Source: an uncultured Thermoplasmata archaeon (GTDB lineage Archaea; Thermoplasmatota; Poseidoniia; MGIII; CG-Epi1). From it: 55,028 nucleotides of DNA. A model generated the notes under the pieces. It saw nothing but the letters and a program-made list of their open reading frames with translations, had not been told where the DNA came from and searched no databases. Position numbers and translations under genes: made by a program. Location: the NCBI GenBank assembly GCA_963996465.1, contig CAXEHI010000047.1:1-55028 (forward strand). Reading direction: 5' to 3'. This document shows, piece by piece, positions 1-8,856 of this stretch (the stretch's first letter is position 1; every line of letters starts with the position of its first letter).

Positions 1-76
1 TTCTATGGGGTTAGAAACATCAATGTATAATCTTACTCCCCCTAAACACTTAACTCCTCATTTATTACGGTTTATA

Positions 77-1339
77 GTGAGCGAACTCAGACCAGTAAGA
101 GGTGCTAGGGATTTTTATCCAGAAGATGCACGACTAAGGAGTTGGTTATTTTCTCATTTCGAAGAAGTTTCACGCATCTTCGCATTCGAAGAATATGACA
201 CTCCAATAGTTGAATCTGAAAGTCTCTATACTAGAAAATCGGGAGAAGAGATAACCGATCAAATCTATAATTTTGAAGATAAAGGCGGAAGACGAATATC
301 TTTACGCCCCGAAATGACCCCTTCTTTGGCTAGATTAATAATCCAAAAAGCACCCGTTCTTTCATTTCCCCTTAAATGGTATAGTATTCCACAATGTTGG
401 CGCTATGAGCGAATGACACGAGGTAGAAAGAGAGAACATTATCAATGGAATATGGACATCATAGGCGTCGAAAACACTTCAGCAGAAGTAGAGCTCTTAT
501 CTGCAATAATTTCATTATTCGAAAGAATAGGTTTATCTAAAGAAGATGTTGGAATAAGAATTTCAAATAGAAAACTCTTACAAGAGCTTCTTAGCAATAT
601 GGGCACACCAGAAAATCAATTTTCTGAAATCTGCGTTGTTTTAGATAAGATGCACAAGTTATCCAAGGAAGATATTTTTGAAAACCTTTCTCAATTGGGG
701 TTAAGTGAAGATACATCTTCTGAAATTTTCGACATGTTGAAAATTCAAGACATCCCTACCTTTGAGCAGAAACTGGGTGCGGACAGTGAAGCAGTTTCAG
801 AATTAAAAGAACTTTTCAACTTAGCCGATGCTTGCAATATAACTGATTGGCTATCTTTCGACGCATCCATAGTAAGAGGATTATCATATTACACTGGTAC
901 GGTTTTCGAAGCATTCGATAAAAAACAAGATTTCCGCGCTATTTGTGGGGGTGGCCGGTATGATAAGCTTCTCAGTAGTTTCAACGCTACAGACATGCCC
1001 TGCTGCGGTTTCGGTTTCGGCGATGTTGTAATTATGGAAATCCTCCAAGAAAGAAATCTTCTCCCTTCTTTACTTCAAAGTACGGATGATGTTGTTTTTT
1101 TCATGGAAGATTCTCTAAGGGAAGTCGCTATGAAAGTCTCTACTATTTTACGTAAAAGCGGTCGTTCCGTAGATTTGATTATGGAAAGCAAAAAAGTGAA
1201 AAACGCTCTAAAGTATGCCAATAAGACTGGTGCTTCTCGTTTAATCATGGTAACTCCGGATGAATGGAAAAAAGAAGCCCTTAGAATTAAGAACATGGAT
1301 AGTGGTAAGGAATCTGAAATCCCACTTTCTAAACTTTAA
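77..1339 (+). CDS. hisS: Histidine--tRNA ligase
   Basis: RGARDF, LRPEMT, motif 2 RYERMTRGRKREHYQ, RGLSYYTG, GGGRYD and a C-terminal anticodon-binding domain. Likely start is GTG at 77 (ORF open from 5). Confidence 0.97.
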   Translation: MSELRPVRGARDFYPEDARLRSWLFSHFEEVSRIFAFEEYDTPIVESESLYTRKSGEEITDQIYNFEDKGGRRISLRPEMTPSLARLIIQKAPVLSFPLKWYSIPQCWRYERMTRGRKREHYQWNMDIIGVENTSAEVELLSAIISLFERIGLSKEDVGIRISNRKLLQELLSNMGTPENQFSEICVVLDKMHKLSKEDIFENLSQLGLSEDTSSEIFDMLKIQDIPTFEQKLGADSEAVSELKELFNLADACNITDWLSFDASIVRGLSYYTGTVFEAFDKKQDFRAICGGGRYDKLLSSFNATDMPCCGFGFGDVVIMEILQERNLLPSLLQSTDDVVFFMEDSLREVAMKVSTILRKSGRSVDLIMESKKVKNALKYANKTGASRLIMVTPDEWKKEALRIKNMDSGKESEIPLSKL

Positions 1340-1346
1340 GATTCCA

Positions 1347-1386
1347 ACTAAATTATTATATTCATACACATTTTACTTCTACAATG
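1347..1386 (+). repeat. Copy 1 of a 40-bp duplicated promoter/start cassette
   Basis: ACTAAATTATTATATTCATACACATTTTACTTCTACAATG, 37/40 identical to 3002-3041. Contains a TATA-like TTATTATA about 25 nt before the ATG. Confidence 0.9.
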
Positions 1387-3006
1387 GGCGGGCCAAAACA
1401 GAAACACAACATATCGCTAATATCACTCGTAGCTGTGTTGTTGGTTTCTGGCTGTCTTCAGGAAAATACAATATCTCCTCCTTCACCGCCTGAAGAACCT
1501 TCTCTTCCCGACGGTATATTTGTTACAGGTCCAGATGGCCTGAATGTTTCAGATGAACCACTTCTCATGGACTTCGTTTTTAGCGATGTAGGTGAACAAG
1601 GAGCCGAACCAAGCATAGGTGTCACTTCTAGTGGTTGTATATTTTTCATAGCATTTGAAAAACCGATGAGATCTTGCGATTATGGACAATCATGGATAAA
1701 TGCCGCCGAAGGAGATCCGACACAAGCTCCGTTTACCAATGATCCTTATGGTTGGGTGGATAATGTTACAGATAGGGTATTCAATATTCATATGATGGGC
1801 CTTCAGACTACTTGGATTGGTTGGTCTGATAATGATGGCGAAACATGGGCAGGGAATCCTCATGATTCTGGAACTTCTCCTCTAAATGACCATATCAAAC
1901 TCGGTTCGGGACCATGGACTGAAGAAGGTCTGTATGCTGCAATAGGACAAGGTAGTAGCAATGTGTATGAGCAGGCCGTATATTTCTGTTACAACAAGCT
2001 AGCCGGCATATTCTGCTTCACTAGTTTCGACGGCGGGGCTTCATTCGAGGCAGGAGGTCAAATCATAGGTTTAGCTACCACTAATGGAGGTCTACACGGG
2101 GCCATTACGACTGCGGCCGACGGGACAGTTTACGTTCCTCCAAGGGTTTCAACACCAACAGTCATTTTTTCTAAAGACAACGGCTTTAGTTGGGAACAGC
2201 GTACAATGGGAGAAGATGTAGGTACACCAAACCCTCGTAAGAACGCAGAAGTCGCTACCGACACTCATTCCAATGCATATCATGTGTGGGTTGGAGCAGA
2301 CGAGGGAATCTATATGTCACGAAGTACCGATTCTGGTAATACCTGGGAACAGGAAAGCACTAGAATCAGTCCTGCTAGCGTTATTTCAACCACATTCCCA
2401 CATACTTCTGCCGGTAGCCCTGGGAGAATTGCCATTACTTACTTAGGAAGTGAGAATGCCAGCGCATTAGGGCAACCCAATATTGATGATGAACCATGGG
2501 ATGGAAATGCACACTACGCACCTGCCAACGTTAGTTATCATCTTTACATTACATACAGTTTGAATGCTTTGGATCCAAATCCAGTATTTCATACACAGAG
2601 AGTTACATCAGATCCTGTCCAAATGGGCAGTATCTGTCTAAACAGCGGAGATTGCCGGGATACTGGCGGGGACAGATCTAATCGTAATCTTCTAGATTTC
2701 AATGATCTTCATATAGATTTAGAAGGAAGAGTGTACGTGGCTTTTGCAGACGGGTGTACTGGGACTTGCGCATCTGGAGAGGACACCTCTCCTGAAAATT
2801 CTCGAGATAGATTGGGTTCTGTGTATTACTTAGGAAACGGACCAAGTCTCTACGAATCTGTAGGCAATTTATCCATATTAATTCCACCTCTCGGTGCTCC
2901 TGAACCATTCATTTCTGACCACATTCTTTCCATTTCATTTACAACCTTCGCCGTTCTTCCTTCGTTAAAAATATCTAGGATAAGGTCATTACTAGAACTC
3001 GACTAA
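1384..3006 (+). CDS. Secreted lipoprotein with BNR/Asp-box (sialidase-like) beta-propeller
   Basis: Signal peptide with lipobox VSGC and a Pro-rich linker. Asp-boxes SCDYGQSW, SDNDGETW, SFDGGASF, SKDNGFSW, STDSGNTW. Confidence 0.75.
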   Translation: MGGPKQKHNISLISLVAVLLVSGCLQENTISPPSPPEEPSLPDGIFVTGPDGLNVSDEPLLMDFVFSDVGEQGAEPSIGVTSSGCIFFIAFEKPMRSCDYGQSWINAAEGDPTQAPFTNDPYGWVDNVTDRVFNIHMMGLQTTWIGWSDNDGETWAGNPHDSGTSPLNDHIKLGSGPWTEEGLYAAIGQGSSNVYEQAVYFCYNKLAGIFCFTSFDGGASFEAGGQIIGLATTNGGLHGAITTAADGTVYVPPRVSTPTVIFSKDNGFSWEQRTMGEDVGTPNPRKNAEVATDTHSNAYHVWVGADEGIYMSRSTDSGNTWEQESTRISPASVISTTFPHTSAGSPGRIAITYLGSENASALGQPNIDDEPWDGNAHYAPANVSYHLYITYSLNALDPNPVFHTQRVTSDPVQMGSICLNSGDCRDTGGDRSNRNLLDFNDLHIDLEGRVYVAFADGCTGTCASGEDTSPENSRDRLGSVYYLGNGPSLYESVGNLSILIPPLGAPEPFISDHILSISFTTFAVLPSLKISRIRSLLELD

Positions 3007-3041
3007 ATTATTATATTCATACATATTTTACATCTTCAATG
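3002..3041 (+). repeat. Copy 2 of the 40-bp duplicated promoter/start cassette
   Basis: ACTAAATTATTATATTCATACATATTTTACATCTTCAATG. Confidence 0.9.
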
Positions 3042-4274
3042 AGTGATTCGAAACACAAGCAAAGCGCGTCATTAATTTCTCTTATAGTAGTTTTATTTTT
3101 TTCAGGCTGTTTAAATGAAATACCAGAAATAATAATAGAACCAGAACCACCAGAAGAGGATGCTTGGAGGGCGTACTCTGTAGTTGCTCCTGTTGATACT
3201 GGAATCAACCCATATCATATTCATTTTCAGACAAATGATACTCTCCCTTCATGGTTTTTAGATGATTTTGGTGTTACTTTAGTTTGTGATTTATCGGACG
3301 AAGGTTCTTGGGAAGAAAGAGTTGAAGCTGATAGAGAATCTTGCTGGAACAAGATTGTTTATGACGATATAGTTTATTTCGAAGGCACGAGAATTATTGG
3401 AGCAATGGGGGAGGAAGGATGGAGCGAAACTCCAATTTTAGATGACCCTAATGATGGCCATGGAACTGCCGTTACTGGCGCAGTACTCGATGGAAATCCG
3501 GATGCAGTTATTTTCTTCTTGGAAGGTTTTGACGGAGTTAGAAGGGCGGCTGAACATCCAATGGTCGATATCATCACTACGAGTTTCGGTCCAATTGCTT
3601 CTGTACCGGTTTCAGGCATAGAAGATGATACTGAATATGCGGTCAATGAAATGGGAAAACTCCACACAGGTGCCTGTGATAATACTGCTTCTACTTGCGT
3701 TCAGGATTCAACAGGCGGTCCACCTTGGTCTATAGGCATCTCAGGATTTCAAGAAGACGGTGATAGGGGTAAAGTTATGCATTGTTCCGGAACCGCACCA
3801 GATATAGTTGCTGATTGGACACAATATTTACCAGATCACGATTCAATTGATGGATACCACGATACTTCTGGAACTAGTTTCGCTACTCCAAGAACTGCAG
3901 GCATTCTTTCTTTTGTAATTCAAGAATTAAGAAACCAAACTAATGACTTCGGTTCAGGCGGTCGTAACGGCAGCCTAGTATTTGGTGAAAATTTTTCCGT
4001 TACGAATTATGATATTCGAAGAAGTATGGAAAAAGCATCATATTTCCCATCTTTTTCAGAATACGATCCTGGAGAAAACGAAGGACCATGCCAAACAGGA
4101 ACTCCAATTTCTCCCGTCGCCCCATATACACAAACTGGTTGGGGTGTTGTAGATCCAACAGTTTCTCAGTCTATGATTGATGATTTAATCGGCCTATCTT
4201 CTTTATCAGATAAAAGTTTCGATTGCGAAACTTACATGGATTCTGTAATGGTGGCTCGAGAAGCTTACTGGTAG
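3039..4274 (+). CDS. S8 (subtilisin-like) serine peptidase, lipoprotein
   Basis: Lipobox FSGC; catalytic triad motifs VDTG, HGT, GTSFATP. Confidence 0.85.
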   Translation: MSDSKHKQSASLISLIVVLFFSGCLNEIPEIIIEPEPPEEDAWRAYSVVAPVDTGINPYHIHFQTNDTLPSWFLDDFGVTLVCDLSDEGSWEERVEADRESCWNKIVYDDIVYFEGTRIIGAMGEEGWSETPILDDPNDGHGTAVTGAVLDGNPDAVIFFLEGFDGVRRAAEHPMVDIITTSFGPIASVPVSGIEDDTEYAVNEMGKLHTGACDNTASTCVQDSTGGPPWSIGISGFQEDGDRGKVMHCSGTAPDIVADWTQYLPDHDSIDGYHDTSGTSFATPRTAGILSFVIQELRNQTNDFGSGGRNGSLVFGENFSVTNYDIRRSMEKASYFPSFSEYDPGENEGPCQTGTPISPVAPYTQTGWGVVDPTVSQSMIDDLIGLSSLSDKSFDCETYMDSVMVAREAYW

Positions 4275-4283
4275 CTTAGATTA

Positions 4284-4358
4284 TGGGGCGAGGCCCGGGA
4301 CTCGAACCCGGGACGAGGGAGCCACAGTCCCCCAGTTTACCACTAGCCTAGCCTCGCC
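4284..4358 (-). tRNA. tRNA-His(GTG), encoded G-1 and CCA
   Basis: Reverse complement: acceptor GCGAGGC/GCCTCGC, anticodon arm GGGGA-CTGTGGC-TCCCT, T-loop TTCGAGT, C73 then CCA. Confidence 0.95.
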
Positions 4359-4387
4359 AATTATTATTGTTAAATGCACTGCCGGTA

Positions 4388-6010
4388 TTATATGATTTCT
4401 TTAGGCCGATATTCGCCCCAAACACTTCGCAATAGGTCGCAAACCTCACCCAATGTTGCTTCATTATCAAAAGCTTCCATCATATACGGAATTAAATTTT
4501 CGTTTCCATTCTTTACAGCCTCTTCGAATTTCTTCATTATTTCATTAGTTCCCCTGTCTCTCTTTTTTAATTTCGAAATTTCTTCGCTCTGTTTTTCCCC
4601 AACACCTTCTTCTATTTTTGTAAATTCTTCTTTCTCTTCATCTTCGTTTTCCATAAATTTATTTATTCCAACCACAACCGTCTCATCTTTCTCTATCTTT
4701 CTTTGATAATCATACGACGCATCTGCGATTTGTTGTTGAACCCATCCACTCTCTATCGCTTTTAACATTCCACCTCTTTCATTTATTTTTTCTATTATCT
4801 CTTCTGCTTCTCTACACATATCGGCAGTCATTTTTTCAATAGTCCAAGACCCAGCTAGCGGATCAATGGTGTTTACAACACCAGATTCATGAGCTATTAT
4901 TTGTTGGGTACGGAGTGCCAATCTTGCAGCTTTTTCAGAAGGTAAACCAAGCGCCTCATCTAAACTATTAGTATGCAAAGATTGTGTACCCCCCAATACT
5001 GCTGAAAGTGCCTGTATCGTAGTTCTAATAACATTGTTATATGGCTGTTGAGCAGTAAGCGTACTTCCTCCAGTTTGTGTATGAAATCTTAATCTAGCCG
5101 ATTCTTCTTTTTTTACTCCAAATTTATTTTTCATTATGCTTGCCCACATTATTCTCGCAGCTCTAAATTTCGCAATCTCAACTAAAAAATCATTATGAGC
5201 ATTAAAGAAAAACGCTATTCTAGGTGCTACAGAATCTGCAGACATACCTCTAGCTATTGCAGCTTCAACATACGTTATACCGTTAGCCAATGTAAATGCT
5301 AATTCTTGCACTGCCGTCGACCCAGCTTCTCTTATATGGTAACCAGAAACGGATATCGTATTCCATCCAGGTACCTTTTTAGAACAATATTCAAAAATAT
5401 CAGTAGCCAACTTTAAAGATTTATCGGGCGGATAGATGTAAGTTCCTCTGGCAATGTATTCTTTTAGAATGTCATTTTGCACAGTACCTTTTATTAATTT
5501 CAAATCGGTTTTTCTTCTCTTAGCAAGTAAAAAATACAGACTAGACAACATAGATGCGGGAGCATTAATGGTCATACTAGTCGAGATTTTATCCAAGGGC
5601 AATTCTTCGAAAAGTTTTTCCATATCATTAATGGAATCTATAGCCACTCCAACCTTTCCCACTTCTCCTTGAGCTATTGGGTGGTCACTATCATAACCCA
5701 TTTGTGTGGGTAAATCAAAAGCAACACTCAATCCATTATTTCCTTGAGAAATTAAATATCGAAATCGTTTATTCGATTCCTTTGCAGATCCAAAGCCGGC
5801 ATATTGGCGCATGGTCCACAAACGACCACGATACCCAGTTGCATGCAACCCTCTGGCATATGGCATTTCTCCAGGAAAACCAACTCTTTCTAAATATTCT
5901 AAATCTTCTAAATCTTCTTCACTATTAACAAAATTATCCTCTACCGTCTTAGAATCTTTATTCAAACCCGGATTTAGCGTTTTTTCTTCCCATCTTTTTT
6001 TATTAGACAT
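4388..6010 (-). CDS. Methylmalonyl-CoA mutase, large (substrate-binding) subunit
   Basis: [39 protein letters not shown]. The Tyr/Arg pair indicates methylmalonyl specificity. No fused B12 domain. Likely ATG at 6010. Confidence 0.93.
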   Translation of the reverse strand: MSNKKRWEEKTLNPGLNKDSKTVEDNFVNSEEDLEDLEYLERVGFPGEMPYARGLHATGYRGRLWTMRQYAGFGSAKESNKRFRYLISQGNNGLSVAFDLPTQMGYDSDHPIAQGEVGKVGVAIDSINDMEKLFEELPLDKISTSMTINAPASMLSSLYFLLAKRRKTDLKLIKGTVQNDILKEYIARGTYIYPPDKSLKLATDIFEYCSKKVPGWNTISVSGYHIREAGSTAVQELAFTLANGITYVEAAIARGMSADSVAPRIAFFFNAHNDFLVEIAKFRAARIMWASIMKNKFGVKKEESARLRFHTQTGGSTLTAQQPYNNVIRTTIQALSAVLGGTQSLHTNSLDEALGLPSEKAARLALRTQQIIAHESGVVNTIDPLAGSWTIEKMTADMCREAEEIIEKINERGGMLKAIESGWVQQQIADASYDYQRKIEKDETVVVGINKFMENEDEEKEEFTKIEEGVGEKQSEEISKLKKRDRGTNEIMKKFEEAVKNGNENLIPYMMEAFDNEATLGEVCDLLRSVWGEYRPKEII

Positions 6011-6722
6011 TAGATTCGTCACAGCTATCTATCAGCTCTTTTAACACAGTTTGCATCCTTGCTCTAAGCTCCTTCATCGTTTCTTCAACTTTACCCTTTT
6101 CGACAGTAATAGGTTCTATCCATTTTCCTTTCACTATTGTTCCGCTTCCAGAGTAGAAATATTTTTTCATTCCTTTAACTAAACTATCTTCTCTTGACCA
6201 ATCTAAGCTTTGATTAGTATAGTAAAAAACCATCACATTAATCGGAGCACCCGTCTTTTCAGCAGCCACAAATATTCCTTTTTTAAATTCACCAATAGTA
6301 TCATTGGCAGTACATGTCCCTTCGGGAAGGACCCACAAAGGCTTTTCCATAATAGGCCAATTTTTGATGGCTTCTATCGTTTCCCTTCTTGAACTCTTTT
6401 TATCCCTCTCTACAAAAAGAACATTTGCCTTTTCAAATATCTTTCCAATTACTGGATAATTTCGAGTTTCTGCTTTTGCAACTGCTCCGCCCATTTTTTG
6501 AGCTGGCAAAATCAACGTATCAAGCCAACTCGTATGATTTGCACACAGATACCCATCTCCAGGTTTTCCTTCTACATCTAAAACAACATCATATTTATCC
6601 AATAATCTTTTCGCAGTATTTTCGCATTCCTTTCTCCAACTTTCTTCATCCATACGGCCTGATTTAAAACGCAATTTCAAAAATTCAATACCTATTTTTC
6701 CCAATTCTAGGTATGCGCGCAT
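6003..6722 (-). CDS. plsC: 1-acyl-sn-glycerol-3-phosphate acyltransferase-like (PlsC family)
   Basis: NHTSWLD (HX4D), AKAE, FVER, LPEGT and FKKG blocks of the LPLAT family. Confidence 0.85.
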   Translation of the reverse strand: MRAYLELGKIGIEFLKLRFKSGRMDEESWRKECENTAKRLLDKYDVVLDVEGKPGDGYLCANHTSWLDTLILPAQKMGGAVAKAETRNYPVIGKIFEKANVLFVERDKKSSRRETIEAIKNWPIMEKPLWVLPEGTCTANDTIGEFKKGIFVAAEKTGAPINVMVFYYTNQSLDWSREDSLVKGMKKYFYSGSGTIVKGKWIEPITVEKGKVEETMKELRARMQTVLKELIDSCDESNV

Positions 6723-6734
6723 ACTCTCTCCTTT

Positions 6735-7352
6735 TCAAATTAGAGGAGCTTCAAAATCATCAATAGTTTCTTCTAACTCTTCGTCCGCTCCCATTTGCCC
6801 TCTTGCACGCAAGATTTCTATTGCAAGAAGTCTATACATCAAAGCTAAAGATCTTCTACCTTTATTGTTTCCAGGTATTACTAGGTCTACATTAGTAGTT
6901 AAATTGTTAGAATCACAAAAAGCAATTACAGGTATGTCTATCGAAACAGCTTCTCTAAATGGTTGAGCATCTGCAGCAGGGTCTGTCAAAATAATAGCAA
7001 CAGGCTCCACAAAACTTTCCATCCTCGGATTCGTTAATCTTCCAGGTGTAAATCTTCCAGGTATACAACTGAAATTTACACTGTCACTAAACATTTTAGC
7101 CGGTTTTTGACCATACTGTCTAGCAGAAACGACCATAACCTCTTCAGGTTTAAAATCTTTCAGAAAGTTCGCAGCTTCAGATATCTGCTCACTAGTTTTT
7201 TTAATATTTATTATACGCAATCCATCTTCTCTAACTTTGTAAATATATTCTTCCATATCGCCACTTTTTTGTTTCGTCCCTATATGAACTCCACATGTCA
7301 GAAAAGTATCTTCATCGGTTAACAATACTTCACTTGTGATTTCTTCCGTCAT
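6735..7352 (-). CDS. rps2: 30S ribosomal protein S2 (uS2), archaeal
   Basis: GVHIGTKQK, GRFTPGRLTNP, PGNNKGRRSLA. Confidence 0.97.
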   Translation of the reverse strand: MTEEITSEVLLTDEDTFLTCGVHIGTKQKSGDMEEYIYKVREDGLRIINIKKTSEQISEAANFLKDFKPEEVMVVSARQYGQKPAKMFSDSVNFSCIPGRFTPGRLTNPRMESFVEPVAIILTDPAADAQPFREAVSIDIPVIAFCDSNNLTTNVDLVIPGNNKGRRSLALMYRLLAIEILRARGQMGADEELEETIDDFEAPLI

Positions 7353-8542
7353 TTAATTTCCTCTTCTATTCTTACAAGCTCGTTTAACTTAGCTATGCGT
7401 TCTCCACCCACGGAGCCAGTTTTTATAGCATGGCATCCAAAAGCAACACCCAAATGAGATATGGTTGAATCTGTAGTTTCTCCACTTCTATGAGATATCA
7501 CAGTTACCATACCTGCTCCATGGGCCATCTCAATAGCCTTCTTAGTTTCTGTCAAGGTACCTATTTGATTCGGCTTAATCAACACAGCATTTGTTGATTT
7601 TTTCTCTATCCCAATCTCTATTCTATTTCTATTTGTCGTGTATAAATCATCACCAATTATCAATGCATTAGTTTTAGACGTAAGTTCTGCCCATCCATCA
7701 AAATCTTCTTGATCAATTGGGTCTTCGACAGAGTATAAATTATATTTTTCAATAATATCTGCTACCCAGTTTATTTGCTCTTCACGAGTCAGACTCATTT
7801 CTTTATATTCATATTTATCATTAATGAAAAACTCACTTGCAGCCATATCGAGCCCCGTTCTTATTTTCACACTTCTTTCTTCACTAATCTCTTTCGCAGA
7901 TTCAACTACAAGCTCTAATGCTTCAACATTACTAAGGGGGGCTACCCAAGCACCTTCATCCCCTTTACCAAGTGCATGGTTCGGCAATCGATTTCTTAAT
8001 TTTTCTTTTACTCTATTATGTACAGATACGTTAGCAAGCATAGCGTCCGTGACATTATCACAAAAACTAGTCACTAAGAATTCTTGTATATCTGTACCAC
8101 CAACTGCATGTGCACCACCTCCAAGAACATTTCCCATGGGGGCTGGTATTTTGAATTCATCAACATTTTTCAAATATTGATAAAGTGCTACATCCTTTCC
8201 ATTCGCAGCCGCTTTTGCTGAGGCGAGAGATATTGCTACAGCAATATTACCGCCTATTCTAGAAAAATTCTTCGTTCCATCTATCTCCATCAAAGTTTGA
8301 TCAATGTGTTCTTGATTTTCCACATCCATTCCTTTCAATCTGGGTAAAACTTCTTTTTGAGCTATTTCTATTCCCTCATCAATTCCATTTTTTGGATATG
8401 CTTGCGCTTCGTATATCCCAGTAGAAGCACCAGCTGGTGCAGCACATCTCCCAATTCCGTCAGAAGTATCAATATCTACTTCAATAGCAGGATTCCCTCT
8501 AGAATCTATAATTTTTCTAAAACTTACTCTCTCTATTATCAA
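7349..8542 (-). CDS. eno: Enolase
   Basis: DSRGNP, GASTG, GDEG, IGDDL, KPNQIGT, SHRSGET; TTG start. Confidence 0.97.
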   Translation of the reverse strand: MIIERVSFRKIIDSRGNPAIEVDIDTSDGIGRCAAPAGASTGIYEAQAYPKNGIDEGIEIAQKEVLPRLKGMDVENQEHIDQTLMEIDGTKNFSRIGGNIAVAISLASAKAAANGKDVALYQYLKNVDEFKIPAPMGNVLGGGAHAVGGTDIQEFLVTSFCDNVTDAMLANVSVHNRVKEKLRNRLPNHALGKGDEGAWVAPLSNVEALELVVESAKEISEERSVKIRTGLDMAASEFFINDKYEYKEMSLTREEQINWVADIIEKYNLYSVEDPIDQEDFDGWAELTSKTNALIIGDDLYTTNRNRIEIGIEKKSTNAVLIKPNQIGTLTETKKAIEMAHGAGMVTVISHRSGETTDSTISHLGVAFGCHAIKTGSVGGERIAKLNELVRIEEEIK

Positions 8543-8718
8543 TTATCATCCGACCTTGCTATGTCTATAGGGATTACTCCTTCGTCATACTCTAATTGAG
8601 CAATCAAAACAGGATCAATCATTTCTTTTGGCACTTTAACATTGACAGGAGCACCCATCGCTATCTGTTGAGCCCTTGCTCCAATTATTCTCGCTTTTTC
8701 AAATCTAGTGTGTTTCAT
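8539..8718 (-). CDS. rpoK: RNA polymerase subunit K (Rpo6); not in the ORF track
   Basis: Manual translation MKHTRFEKARIIGARAQQIAMGAPVNVKVP...EYDEGVIPI (59 aa). Confidence 0.95.
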   Translation of the reverse strand: MKHTRFEKARIIGARAQQIAMGAPVNVKVPKEMIDPVLIAQLEYDEGVIPIDIARSDDN

Positions 8719-8856
8719 ACTATCACCACAATACGTATACCAAAACAGCCGTTGTCTAGAGGGATAAAAAAACTTACTCTCTTAAACCCTAAGCATTATA
8801 TATGTCTCACATCGGTATAAGTTGGTATTTCGCCCAACGATGCGAAGAGGAAAAAA

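Noticed and set aside
1340-4358. Island integrated at tRNA-His carrying the two lipoprotein genes
   Set aside because: No integrase and no convincing duplicated tRNA 3' end (only a 7-bp TATGGGG match near position 4).
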